A program made the translations under genes and the position numbers. Below the pieces are notes generated by a model. It was not told where the DNA came from. It saw only the letters and a list, made by a program, of their open reading frames with translations, and ran no database searches. From Anolis carolinensis (Eukaryota), in NCBI RefSeq assembly GCF_035594765.1, contig NW_026943821.1, positions 20,305,608 through 20,369,607 on the forward strand: a stretch of DNA of 64,000 nt, read 5' to 3'. Below, in pieces: positions 21,521 to 32,482 of the stretch; within the stretch, counting starts at the first letter, position 1; each line of letters starts with the position of its first letter.

Positions 21521-23148
21521 CTGCAAGATGAAAAGGAGAAAGAAAGCATTAGCTTATTCCAGGGGCGCCTAAGAATCATAGAATAGTAGAGTTGGAAGAG
21601 ACCACATGGGCCATCTAGTCCAACCCCCTGCTAAGAAGCAGGAAAGCCTAAGGCTCTTATTGTCACACCTCAGAATAGTTCACCTTGCTATAGATAGCCA
21701 ACCAGACACAGAAGGAAGTCTTTTGTACGAGGGCTATCCAGAAAGTAGGCTACGTTTTGGATTTTAAAAAGATCAAAGTATAGGATAAATCATTTACCAT
21801 ATGCAGCTGAAAGACACATCCCACAACTACAATCTCATGTAATCCCCATTTAAATTTAGCCACGTTTCTTATAGATGAATGAGTTTGAAAAGTACTGCAC
21901 CAGTAAATTTGCCGCCTCCCTCCTCCATTTTCAACAATGGGGCAGCACAGCATTTTGGCTACGCTGCAGGAAGGGAGAAGGGGGAAGAGCCGAGGACACA
22001 GGCGGGGAATTTACTGGTGCAGTACTTTTCAAACTCATTTATCTATAAGAAACGTGGCTAAATTTAAATGGGGATTACATGAGATTGTAGTTTTGGGATG
22101 TGTCTTTCAGCTGCATATGGTAAATGATTTATCCTATACTTCGATCTTTTTAAAATCCAAAACGTAGCCTACTTTCTGGATAGCCCTCGTAGTTTTATTA
22201 AGCAAAGCAATAATATAAACCAAAGCAGGCGGTTGAAAAAGGTTTTCAAAGTTGCAAGGAAAGAGTCAATAAGAATCCAAATACATCATAAGTCATGAAA
22301 GGTCCATAAGTCCATAAAACTCAGCAAAACTAATAATCCATGAGGCAAGGCAATAGTCAATAGTAATAATCCATGAAGCAAGGCAGTAGATCCCAAGAGC
22401 CAAAGCCCCAAGAGCACAAAGATCCAAGAACTCTCTTCTTAGGCATGAAACGAGAACATCCACACAGATGAAGCGAGGATTTGCTTTGACAAAGAGCTAT
22501 CTGCAAAACACACATTTAAAAGCAACCCAGAAAAGCATTCCTTTTCCCAGAACTCCCAGAATTCTATCCTGACGTTTCGCCCACATCTATGGCAGGCATC
22601 CTCAGAGGTTGTGAGGTATGGAAAAACTAAGCAAGGAATGTTTATATCTGTGGGAAGTCCAGGGTGAGGGAAGAACTCTTGTCAGATGTGGGCGAAACGT
22701 CAGGAGAGAATCCTTCTGGAACATGGCCACACAGCCCGAAAGACATACAACAACCCAGACAGTGTTGTTCATGCCCGTCTTATAGCACATATATGGTGGG
22801 TGTCTAGAGCCCTGTTTGTGGACTCTTCCAAATATGTGGCCTGCGTTTGTCAATGAAACAAGGTCTGCAGTTGAAGAATGTAACCTCAAAACCCCAAATC
22901 CCCTTCTGCTTGCAAATGTTTCCCAGGAAGACGAGATGTAGCCAGTCACACCGCACTTCCAGGGATGTCTGGCTGCATCAGTTCCAGCGTGTGCCGTTCT
23001 TACCTTCCGGTCCTCCCCTTTTGTCTATAATTTTCACGGCCACTTTGCGTTGGTGCTTCTTCGAAAACGCTTCCTTGACCTTCGAATAGGTCCCTTCTCC
23101 AATGGTCTTGCCCACCTGGTAACCATGGGAGAGTAGGAACTCCTCCAT
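20859..23148 (-). CDS. TSSK3: Testis-specific serine/threonine kinase 3, 2 exons, 268 aa
   Basis: Exon 1 is 23148-23004 (MEEFLLSHGYQVGKTIGEGTYSKVKEAF...GGPE) and exon 2 is 21520-20859 (HRDLKCEN, DFG, TFCGSTAYAAPE, ...SWHPWLASS*). Phase-1 GT-AG intron; 807 nt in total. Confidence 0.96.
21661..22555 (-). mobile_element. Possible solo LTR-like element, interrupted by the fold-back MITE
   Basis: Begins TGTCACA (a ...TGTGACA end on the minus strand), has a minus-strand AATAAA near 22195, and the sequence is continuous across the MITE. The other terminus was not found. Confidence 0.3.
21728..22189. mobile_element. Mariner-type fold-back MITE with ~182-bp near-perfect TIRs
   Basis: TA|CGAGGGCTATCCAGAAAGT...ACTTTCTGGATAGCCCTCG|TA; arms at 21728-21909 and 22008-22189. 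Confidence 0.9.
22555..22757. mobile_element. Penelope-like fragment with inverted partial arm
   Basis: Same pLTR sequence as 8438-8679 and 25251-25381; inverted half-copy at about 22683-22757. Confidence 0.75.
22568..22608 (-). ncRNA. Minimal type I hammerhead ribozyme motif (intact, sense within the TSSK3 intron)
   Basis: Minus strand reads CCU-CUGAGGA-U-GCCUGC-CAUAGAU-GUGGGC-GAAAC-GUC-AGG. Confidence 0.7.
23004..23148 (-). CDS. TSSK3: TSSK3 exon 1
   Basis: Gly-rich loop GEGTYS and VAVK; donor g|gtaag at 23003. Confidence 0.95.
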
Positions 23149-23637
23149 CGTGCCTTTAACCTGCTCCGCGGTCATCCTCAGGGCATCCTGTCCTCGCCTC
23201 GCCTAGGCATCGCCGTCTGGTCGCCTCCCAGGCCAGGCTCTGCATCGGATGCAGCCCAGGGCGCTAGAGCATTATTATTTTTCCTGCTCAGGCAGAGAGC
23301 CCTGTGATGGAGGGGTCCCTGAGGTGGGGCCCTGAAACCGGCAGCCCCCATTGTGATGCGGGCATGTGTCGCCCATGGCCTGGGGGCTGCAGGGAGGGGG
23401 CTTTGCACCAATGGGAGGAGGAGGGGTCAAGTGCCCCCCAGAGCCCTGCGGACAGGGCACGGGGTCAATGGCTATTAGGCCCCGCCAAAGAGACCTTGAA
23501 GTAGCTTAGGTAGGCCCCTTAGTCCGGCATGCCGAGTTAAGTTAGTGTTTCGCCCTCCACCATGGAAGTCTGCTGGCTTGAAAGCTTTGGGCAGGGCTTG
23601 GGTTCGGCTACGTAAGACGCATCCTAAGAGTAAGTAC

Positions 23638-24318
23638 TAGACATGTCCAAAAAATCGTTTTGAATTGTATATCGGATTTATTTCGGAATGTTCTCGCTTT
23701 TTGATACGCATTCCGAGACATTGTCTCACAGCGCAAGCAGCAATGTAATTCGAACCATTGTTGGCACATTCTCTAATTGTCTCTTAATGTTTCATTAATC
23801 CCCCCCCCTCCAAATTTGATTTCCAGTGTCCTTCTTGCTTACAAATATAGCAAGGGAATTTCTAGTTTTCAAAGTATCTTTGCATTCCTTGCCAGGGCAT
23901 TGCTTGGCGTGGTGGTCACTGGTCCATTTATAATTGAAGGCATTGGGTTGAGGCTTGTGGGATTACATAGCCAGATACACCATTGATTTCCAGTGTCCTT
24001 CTTGCTTACAAATATAGCAAAGGAATTTCTAGTTTTCAAAGTATCTTTGCACAACTTGCAAGGGCATTGCAAATTTGATGAGGATAGCTCAAGAAATGAC
24101 CCGCCCCTGTAAAAGCCCCCCCCACCCCGGTTCCTTTTTGGGGTGATTGCACATGCGGGTCTGCCATTTTAGAAACATTTAGAATCATTACGAATTTTCG
24201 GAACTATCCAAAATTTTGGGGTGAAAAAAATCGGAAATACTTTCTATATCGAAGCGCCAGCGTCCCCTACTTTAGAAACGAGAATTGAAACATTTTTTTC
24301 ATTGATCAGACATGCCTA
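23638..24318. mobile_element. hAT non-autonomous element upstream of TSSK3
   Basis: TIR TAGACATGTC / GACATGCCTA; perfect 8-bp TSD GTAAGTAC at 23630-23637 and 24319-24326; internal ~70-bp duplication at about 23817 and 23985. Confidence 0.8.
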
Positions 24319-24349
24319 GTAAGTACACCTTGGAAAGCTGTTCCTTCTT

Positions 24350-25035
24350 GCTGCTGCTGCTCAGTCATTTAGTTGTCTCCGACTCTTCGTGACCTCGTGG
24401 ACCAGTCCACGCCAGAGCTCCCTGTCAGCCGTCGCCGCCCCCAGTTCCTTCAAGGTCAAACCAGTCACTTCCATCCATCTCGCCCTTGGTCGGCCTCTCT
24501 TCCTTTTTCCTTCCATTTTCCCCAGCATCGTGATCTTTTCCAAGCTTTCCTGTCTCCTCATGATGTGGCCAAAATACTTCAACTTTGCTTCCAATATCCT
24601 TCCCTCCAGTGAGCAGCTGGGCATTATTTCCTGGAGGATGGACTGGTTGGGTCTTCTTGCCAAGGTCCAAGGCACTCTCAGGATTTTCCTCCAGCACCAG
24701 AGTTCAAAAGCATCTCTCTTCCTTCGCTCAGCCTTCCTTATGGTCCAGCTCTCACATCCATAGGTCACTATGGGGAATACCATTGCTTTGACTATGCGGA
24801 CCTTTGTTGTCTCTGCTCCTCACTATTTTGTCAAGGTTGGCCATTGCTCTCCTCCCAAGAAGGAAACGTCTTCTGATTTCCTGGCTGCAGTGATCTTCAC
24901 GCCTAGAAATATAAAGTCTGTCACTGCCTCCACGTTTTCTCCTTCTATTTGCCAGTTGTCAATAGGTGTAGTTGCCATGATCTTGGTTTTCTTGACGTTT
25001 AACTGCAACCCAGCGTTTGCACTTTCTTCTTTCAC
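24350..25035 (-). mobile_element. RTE (BovB-like) LINE 3' fragment
   Basis: ORF pieces GLQLNVKKTKIM, VTDFIFLG, VFPIVTYGCESWTIRK..DAFELWCWRKILRVPW, KLKYFGHIMRR and GRPRARWM; (CAG)n tail. Confidence 0.88.
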
Positions 25036-25117
25036 CTCCTCAGCTCTTCCTCGCTTCCTTCTTGATGGCCAAATATTAATATGGGGCCAAAATTGGTTTA
25101 GGATTCACTCTTTAAGA

Positions 25118-26035
25118 CAGCATTTCTCAACCTGGGGGTCGGGACTCCTGGGGGGCTTGTGAGGGGGTTTCAGAGAGGTCACCAAAGATCATCAGGAACC
25201 ACATATTTCTGATAGTCTTAGGAACCCCTTTGGCAGAGAAGGTTGTCCTCACAACCTCTGAGGATGCCTGCCATAGATGTGGGCGAAACGTCAGGAGAGA
25301 ATACTTCTGGAACATGGCCACACAGCCCGAAAGACATACAACAACCCTGTGATCCCGGCCATGAAAGCCTTCGACAACACATTGTCCTCTTCCTTTTTGG
25401 AAACAGATGGCGAATCCTCCCACCAAAAGCCCAATCTGCCCCAGTCTATCATTGGTTGGATTCAAGGGTAAACTATGATAGTAGGTGAACTATAAATCCA
25501 AACTATAAATATCAAGGTATATTTTCCCCAAACTCCATCCACCAGTCTTCAAATTGGGGCATATTAAGTATTTGAACCAAGTCTGGACCACATTCATCAT
25601 TGTTTGAGTCCACATTGCTCTCTGGATGTAGGTGAACTACAACTCCAAAACCCAAGGTCAATGCCCACCAAACCCTTCCAGTATTTTATGTTGGTTATAG
25701 GCGTTCTGTGTGCCAAGTTTGGTTCAATTCCATTGTTGGTGGAGTTCAGAATGCTCTTTTATTGTAGGCGAACTATAAATCCTGGCAACTACAACTCCCA
25801 AATGACAAAATCATTCCTCCCCCCCTACCCCACCAGTATTCAAATTAGGGCTTATCGAGTATTTGTGCCAAATTTGGTCCGACGAATGAAAATATATCCT
25901 GCATATCAGATATTTACATTACGATTCACAACAATAGCAGAACGACAGTTAGGAAGTTGCAACAAAAATAATGTTATATTTGGGGGATCACCACAACATG
26001 AGGAACTGGATCAAGGGGTCGTGGCATTACGACTG
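25118..26035 (+). mobile_element. SPIN/URR1-type hAT non-autonomous element with a nested Penelope fragment
   Basis: 5' CAGCATTTCTCAACCTGGGGGTC; 3' ...TTACGATTCAC...CACCACAACATGAGGAACTG...; 8-bp TSD CTTTAAGA at 25110-25117 and 26036-26043. Confidence 0.75.
25255..25295 (+). ncRNA. Minimal type I hammerhead ribozyme motif (intact) in Penelope fragment 25251-25381
   Basis: CCT 25255-57, CTGAGGA 25258-64, helix II GCCTGC/GTGGGC, GAAAC, GTC (predicted cut after 25292), AGG; TSD TTGTCCTC. Confidence 0.7.
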
Positions 26036-26732
26036 CTTTAAGAGTCCCCTGTATTGCTTTCTATCCATCGTCCCCCTTATATATCAAGCTGGGGATGCTG
26101 CCTTGGTTCTTAGAGCAACAGCTTTTGCCTTGGAAAACTGTTTCTTGGAAAGCTGATCTCAGGCTTGGAAAGCTATTTTTTCATGTTCACCAAAAGCGAA
26201 TCTGGGGGCCAAACATGCCAGTCTGGTGGGCTTATGACTCATCCTTTAAGAGCCTCATCTTTCATTGTCAGACCATCTTACCATCTTTCTCCAACACACC
26301 AAACACAACAATTTACTACCCATTATTTCATGGGTGTCTCAAGACCAGCATTTTATTCCCATAGCAAAAGATTGACCAGTTGCCCATTTTTATTTTTACT
26401 GCACTTTATTCCTTTAGCCGGCCATAGTCTCCTTTGTTTATGCCTTTCCCAGCACTTTAATGGGATAATGGTTTTGTATCGTCCTCTCCCCGACTGTATC
26501 TGATACTACTAGCATTTTTATGGCCCAGTTCTTTTTAGGAGCCAACCCAGGATTTTATCAAGCATGTTTGTTTTATATGATTTTATTTGTTTTATGACTT
26601 GCTTTATTGTTGATTGATTTGTGTTATTGTTGTGTTTTATATTGTCTGTTTGTCCTGGGCTTGGCCCCATGTAAGCCGCCCCAAGTCCCCTTGGGGAGAT
26701 GGGGCGGGTATAAAAATAAAATTATTATTTTA

Positions 26733-27473
26733 TTGTATGACACAGCAAACAAGATAAACATGCTGGATTTCGTATCACAAAATCACAAGTCGAACACTTC
26801 CCAAGTGTCTAGGATTGTGTGATGTATTTTCGGATGATGCGTGCAGATCCCAGCAGGGTGGCCTTTTGCAGTTGACAGATCGTAATTTTGTCAATGTCTA
26901 TTGTTTCCAAATGCTGGCTGAGATCTTTTGGCATGGCACCCAATGTGCCCATCACCACCGGGACCACCTCTACTGGTTTCTACCAGAGTCTTTGAAGTTC
27001 AATCTTGAGGTCCTGATAGCGGCTGAGTTTTTCCTGTTGTTTTTCATCAATGCGACTGTAGTCTGGGATGGCGACAACAATGATCCAAACCTTTTACTTT
27101 TCCACAACTGTGATGTCTGGTGTGTTGTGTTCCAGAACTTTGTCAGTCTGGATTTGGAAGTCCCACAGTATCTTTGCATGTTCATTTTCCACGACCTTTG
27201 CAGATTTGTCATCCCACCAGTTCTTTACTGCAGGGAGGTGGTACTTGAGGCATAAGTTCCAATGAATCATTTGGGCCACATAGTTGTGCCTCTGTTTGTA
27301 GTCTGTCTGTGCGATTTTCTTACAGAAGCTGACGATATTATCAATGGTTTCGTCGGTTTCCGTGTACAGTCTGCATTTTGGGTCATCAGCTGATTTTTCG
27401 ATTTTGGCCTTAATTACATTTGTTCTGATGGCTTGCTCCTGGGCTGCAAGGATCAGGCCTTCTGTCTCCTTCA
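26733..27473 (-). mobile_element. R4/Dong-clade 3' fragment (zinc finger and REL endonuclease)
   Basis: ORF 27094-27495 reads ETEGLILAAQEQAIRT...DPKCRL...RHNYVAQMIHWNLC...WDFQIQTD..PDI; (TTA)n on both sides. Confidence 0.85.
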
Positions 27474-27639
27474 GTATTATTATTATTATTTGCAAAACCC
27501 TAAACCACCCATGTGCAAGTTTCTCGTAAAAATCAGAAGTATCAGTGGATAGAGCTCATGTAAATACTGTTCAATTTTGTGATTTTCCAACTCCATAATT
27601 TTGCAATTATGACAACTTAGGAACGTGCAACTGTGATGG

Positions 27640-27904
27640 AGATGCCCTAAAAGTAAGCAGAGGCGGCAATGGGGTCCGTTGAGGAAAGCCCGGGGCGGCT
27701 GTCTTGAGCCAAGCAGGACGGAATTTCCCAGCCAAGAGAAGGACAGGGAGGCTTGTGATGCGAGCGCCATGCACTGCCCGGGTCACAATGCCCCTGAGAG
27801 GTCAGCTGCCTCTCTCTGGGCTCCATCCTAGCCTCTTGCCCTTTGCAAGAAGGCACAGCAGGCTGGCTGGTTGACTTCAGGGAGCATTCCTCTGCCTTTG
27901 AGAG
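27640..27904 (+). other. FAM229A: Candidate upstream (first) exon of FAM229A
   Basis: Non-repetitive GC-rich island between TEs that ends in the strong donor GAG|GTAAGG at 27904/27905. The 5' boundary is a guess. Confidence 0.5.
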
Positions 27905-28186
27905 GTAAGGACAGGTAGACGGAGGGGCTGAGAGACAGGAAGGGGGTTCAGGAGGAGCAGGGGAACCCTAAACCCCACGGTTAGAAGGAGCCATGACAGT
28001 CATAAAGTTCAACCCTATTGGGAGACGCCCATCCAACCTTGGTTGGAAGATCTCCAAAAAGGGAGAGCCCAACACCCTTTGGACTAGTGAAGGTGTTCTT
28101 CCTAATGTTTGGTTGTGTGGGCATTTTTCTGTATCAATGGGATGGTTTTGGCTAACTTTAGCTGGATGCTATAAGAATGGTATATA

Positions 28187-29464
28187 CAGTAGAGTCTCAC
28201 TTATCCAACATACACGGGCCGGCAGAAGCTTGGATAAGTGAATTTGTTGGATAATAAGGAGAGATTAAGGAGAAGCCTATTAAACATCAAATTAGGTTAT
28301 GATTTTACAAATTAAGCACCAAAACATCATGTTATACAACAAATTTGACAGAAAAAGCAGTTCAATGCGCAGTAATGCTACGTAGTAATTACTGTATTTA
28401 CGAATTTAGCACCAAAATATCACGATGTACTGAAAACATTGACTACAAAAATGCGTTGGATAATCCAGAACGTTGGATAAGCAAATGTTGGATAAGTGAG
28501 ACTCTACTGTATATAGAAAAAGTCCTTCAGGTTGTGGATATTTATGCTAGATCTTAAACAGTCTTTTGATGTATGGTAATTCTCTTCTTATTGTGATTCT
28601 CAGAATCTTCTCATTACAGTAGAGTCTCACTTATCCAAGCTAAATGGGCCAGCAGAACCTTGGATAAGCGAATATCTTGGATAATAAGGAGGGATTAAGG
28701 AAAAGCCTATTAAACATCAAACTAGGTTATGATTTTACAAATTAAGCACCAAAACATCATGTTATACAACAAATTTGACAGAAAAAGTAGTTCAATATGC
28801 AGTAATGTTATGTTGTAATTACTGTATTTACGAATTTGGCACCAAAATATCACGATATATTGAAAACATTGAGTACAAAAATGGCTTGGATAATCCAGAA
28901 GCTTGGATAAGCGAAGCTTGGATAAGTGAGACTCTACTGTATCTACGGTATGCTGTGGATATGTTGCTTTCTCTCTCTTAATCATAATTGCTTGCTTGGT
29001 CCTGCTTGAATTCAAGGCCTTTCAATGTTGTCAATCTTCTAAACATAAACTTAGGCACATACTAATAGTAACTGTGATTGTTATACCAAAATAGATATGT
29101 ATAAACACCCCATATGTTGTCCAATTCTTAATCTAGTACAGTAGAGTCTCACTTATCCAACATAAACGGGCCAGGAGAACGTTGGATAAGCGAATATGTT
29201 GGATAATAAGGAGGGATTAAGAAAAAGCCTATTAAACATCAAATTAGGTTATGATTTTACAAATTAAGCACCCAAACATCATGTTATACAACAAATTTGA
29301 CAGAAAAAGTAGTTCAATACTCAGTAATGCTATGTAGTAATTACTGTATTTACAAATTTAGCATCAAAATATCATGATGTATTGAAAACATTGACTACAA
29401 AAATGCGTTGGATAATCCAGAATGTTGGATAAGCGAATGTTGGATAAGTGAGACTCTTATACTG
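28187..29464. mobile_element. Cluster of three Tc1/mariner MITEs (28187-28509, 28617-28939, 29139-29464)
   Basis: Each has CAGTAGAGTCTCACTTATCC TIRs and TA flanks, and all have the same orientation. Confidence 0.85.
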
Positions 29465-30039
29465 TATATAAAAGAGTTTACAGAAATACAATATCCACAA
29501 TCTGAAGAAGGACTTCCCGAAACGAGGCATTGTACCCGGGATTATTTGTTGTTGTATAGTTTTGTTTGTATACACCCAATAGTTGTGGACAGTTTTTGGT
29601 TGGAGATTGATGTGTGTTTTGCTTTATATGTTACATAATAAGATAGTACCCAGTAGGGACTGTAAAGAAAATGCTCAACAATATTAGCATACTATAATAC
29701 ACACGTTTAAACCTGGATGGGAATATATACATTTAAGTTTTTTCTATATATACCATTCTTATAGCATTTTGATATAGATATCTGTGCCCTATCGATAATT
29801 TTAGCTGGACTCTCCAAGGACCTACTTGTCAGATGGCATCCAGAACCTTTGAAGGCTATTTTGAAACCAGAATATGCCCCAAATATTGTTCATTGCCTCA
29901 CTCACATGGGAGGCACCAATCTCCACTCTTCTCCAGCCTTTTAGGATGGCGCATCCCCAAATCCCCATTTATTGTGGATCAGGCTGGTATGGGATGATAG
30001 GAACTGGTCCAAAACACATGGAGAAGTGAAGACATTGTT

Positions 30040-31275
30040 TTGAACTACTTCGCGGTTCACTTTTCGAGGATTCGCTGTTTTGCGGTTTTTCAATAAACTC
30101 TAAAAGACTATTATAATTTTTTTAAAAAAATTACAATTTACAGCCTAAGGAAAGGAGGAAGGAGAAGCCAAGGGGAGAGAAAAGGAGCCCAAGTGGCAAC
30201 AGGAGGAGAAGCAGGCAATTTACCAACACACAATTGGTTGATAAAGACTTAAAATTGTGTATCTATATATATAAATGAGTGATGGCATCACGGCGACCAA
30301 CAAAACAACAAAACTACAGGCCCCCCAACCTCAAAATTTGACAACACAACCCATCATCCATGCCACTAGGTTGATACAACAGAAAGAAAAGAAAAATAAA
30401 GTCCTAATTAGAGGAAGAGCAATAATTGTTTTTATCCCATTGCTGCCAGTTTAGAGGGCTAATCTCTGCCCACTTGGTGTCCTAGCAACCCACTCAGCCC
30501 AGGGGACAGGCACAGTTAGGCCTCACTTAGGCTTCTTCCACAGATTATCTAATTTGCACTGGATTATATGGCAGTGTAGACTCAAGGCCTTTCCACACAG
30601 CTATATAACCCATTTAGAATCTTACATTATCTGCTTTGAACTGGATTATCTTGACTCTACACTGCCATATAATCCAGCCTTCCAAGCAGCAAGTCTATTC
30701 CTTTGTATTCCAGCTCCTCAAACAAGGATTCCCATAAAAAGAAAATGGCCAGGCTTTGAGGCTGCAAGGCTATTCACAGCTATTCCACCTGGCCAACAAA
30801 GCATTCCCATAAGCCACAGCAACGCGTGGCTGGGCACAGCTACTAACTACTAAAATAATGTACAAGGAACCCCAGTGGCGAAGTGTGTTAAAGCGCTGAG
30901 CTGCTGAACTTGCAGACCGAAAGGTCCCAGGTTCAAACCCCGGGAGCGGAGTGAGCGCCCGCTGTTAGCTCCAGCTTCTGCCAACCTAGCAGTTCGAAAA
31001 CATGCCAATGTGAGTAGATCAATAGGTACCGCTCCGGCGGGAAGGTAATGGCTCTCCATGCAGTCATGCCGGCCACATGACCTTGGAGGTGTCTATGGAC
31101 AATGCCGGCTCTTCGGCTTAGAAATGGAGATGAGCACCAACCGCCAGAGTCAGACATGACTGGACTTAATGTCAGGGGAAACCTTTACCTTTACTAGTGT
31201 CCCTACTTTGCAGATTTTCACTTATTGCGGGTGGTCCTGGAACCTAACCCCCGCGATAAGTGAGGGAACACTGTA
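30040..31275. mobile_element. Tigger-like MITE carrying a nested Helitron (30262-30843) and Sauria SINE (30866-31194, +)
   Basis: Right end ...CCCGCGATAAGTGAGGGAACACTG|TA; Helitron with TC start and hairpin-CTAC end; SINE with (ACCTTT)n tail. Confidence 0.7.
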
Positions 31276-31477
31276 ATCCCTTCTTGGCTTGAAATGATCC
31301 TACGAGGAGAAAGGAGATACTGAAAGCTTGCTGGTTACGGCTTGTCTCCAAATGGGGTCTGGCTGTCTCTTTCTTAACAGTTCTCCTCTTCCCATGGGGC
31401 GCTTTTTTGGATCTGAAGAAGACCCCAACCTCCCTGACCCTTTCCTGCTTTCACAGACAGGTCTGGGGCTCTCGGTC

Positions 31478-31596
31478 ATGAGCTCCCAAGAGACCCCACA
31501 AGGTCGGAGATTTCCCATAGAGGCAGGAGACTCTCCCAGCCTGGCGACGGCCCCCGAAACACAGGAGCCAGTTGCACCTGAGCGCCCTGGAAGCAG
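31478..31596 (+). CDS. FAM229A: FAM229A coding exon A
   Basis: RRFPIEAGD motif; donor ag|gtgag. Confidence 0.9.
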
Positions 31597-32427
31597 GTGA
31601 GACAATACAGAGCAATCCCTTGGCAGCCCCATTGGCACCAATATTTAAGTTTGGATGACTTTATATTACAACCTTTGGGGCCAATTTTTCGTAGTCCTTA
31701 AATTACTGTATATACTCGAGTATAAGCCTAGTTTTTCAGCCCTCTTTTTAAGACTGAAAAAGCCCCCCTCGGCTTATACTCAGGTGAGGGCCCTGGTTGG
31801 CTTATATTTGGGTCAGCTTATACTCGAGAATATATGGTACATTTATTATTTTTCTCTATTATTATTGGTATTATTACATTTATTATTTTTCTCTATTATT
31901 GTTGCTACTATATACTCGAATATAAGCCAACCCGACTGTAAGCCGAGGCACCTAATTTTACCACAAAAAACTGGGAAATCATTGACTCAAGTATAAGCCA
32001 AGGTGGGAAATTTCAGAAATAAAAATACATACCAAAAATTACATTAATTGAGGCATCAGTAGGTTAAATGTTTTTGAATATTTACATCAAGCTCTAATTT
32101 AAGATAAGACTGTCTAACTCTGATTAAATCATTATTCTCATCTTCTTTAATGTAAATGTGCTTATGTATCCTTTTAATAATAATAGAGTAAAATAATACT
32201 CTAAAATTAGGCAAAATTAGGTGTCTCGGCTTATATTCGGGTCGGCTTATACTCGAGTATACACAGTATATGGGTTTTGCCTTTTCTCCCATTTTCAGCA
32301 TAATTTCTGGTATGGTAGAAAATGGGGTATAGTATGAGTTAGACCTATTTAAATAGTTATTCTCAGGCAATCAAAAACTGGCATCCACCAATATCCATCA
32401 GTGCCATGGGTTCACTGAGAGGCTATT

Positions 32428-32482
<55 letters not shown>

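Noticed and set aside
20973-21572. Long antisense ORFs over TSSK3, BSDC1 exon 9 and the MCC-like gene
   Set aside because: These are shadow ORFs of GC-rich coding sequence with no independent gene signals.
30866-30945. tRNA-like sequences in SINE heads (also 37526-37610)
   Set aside because: These are A/B-box heads of SINEs continuous with the SINE body, not complete tRNA genes.
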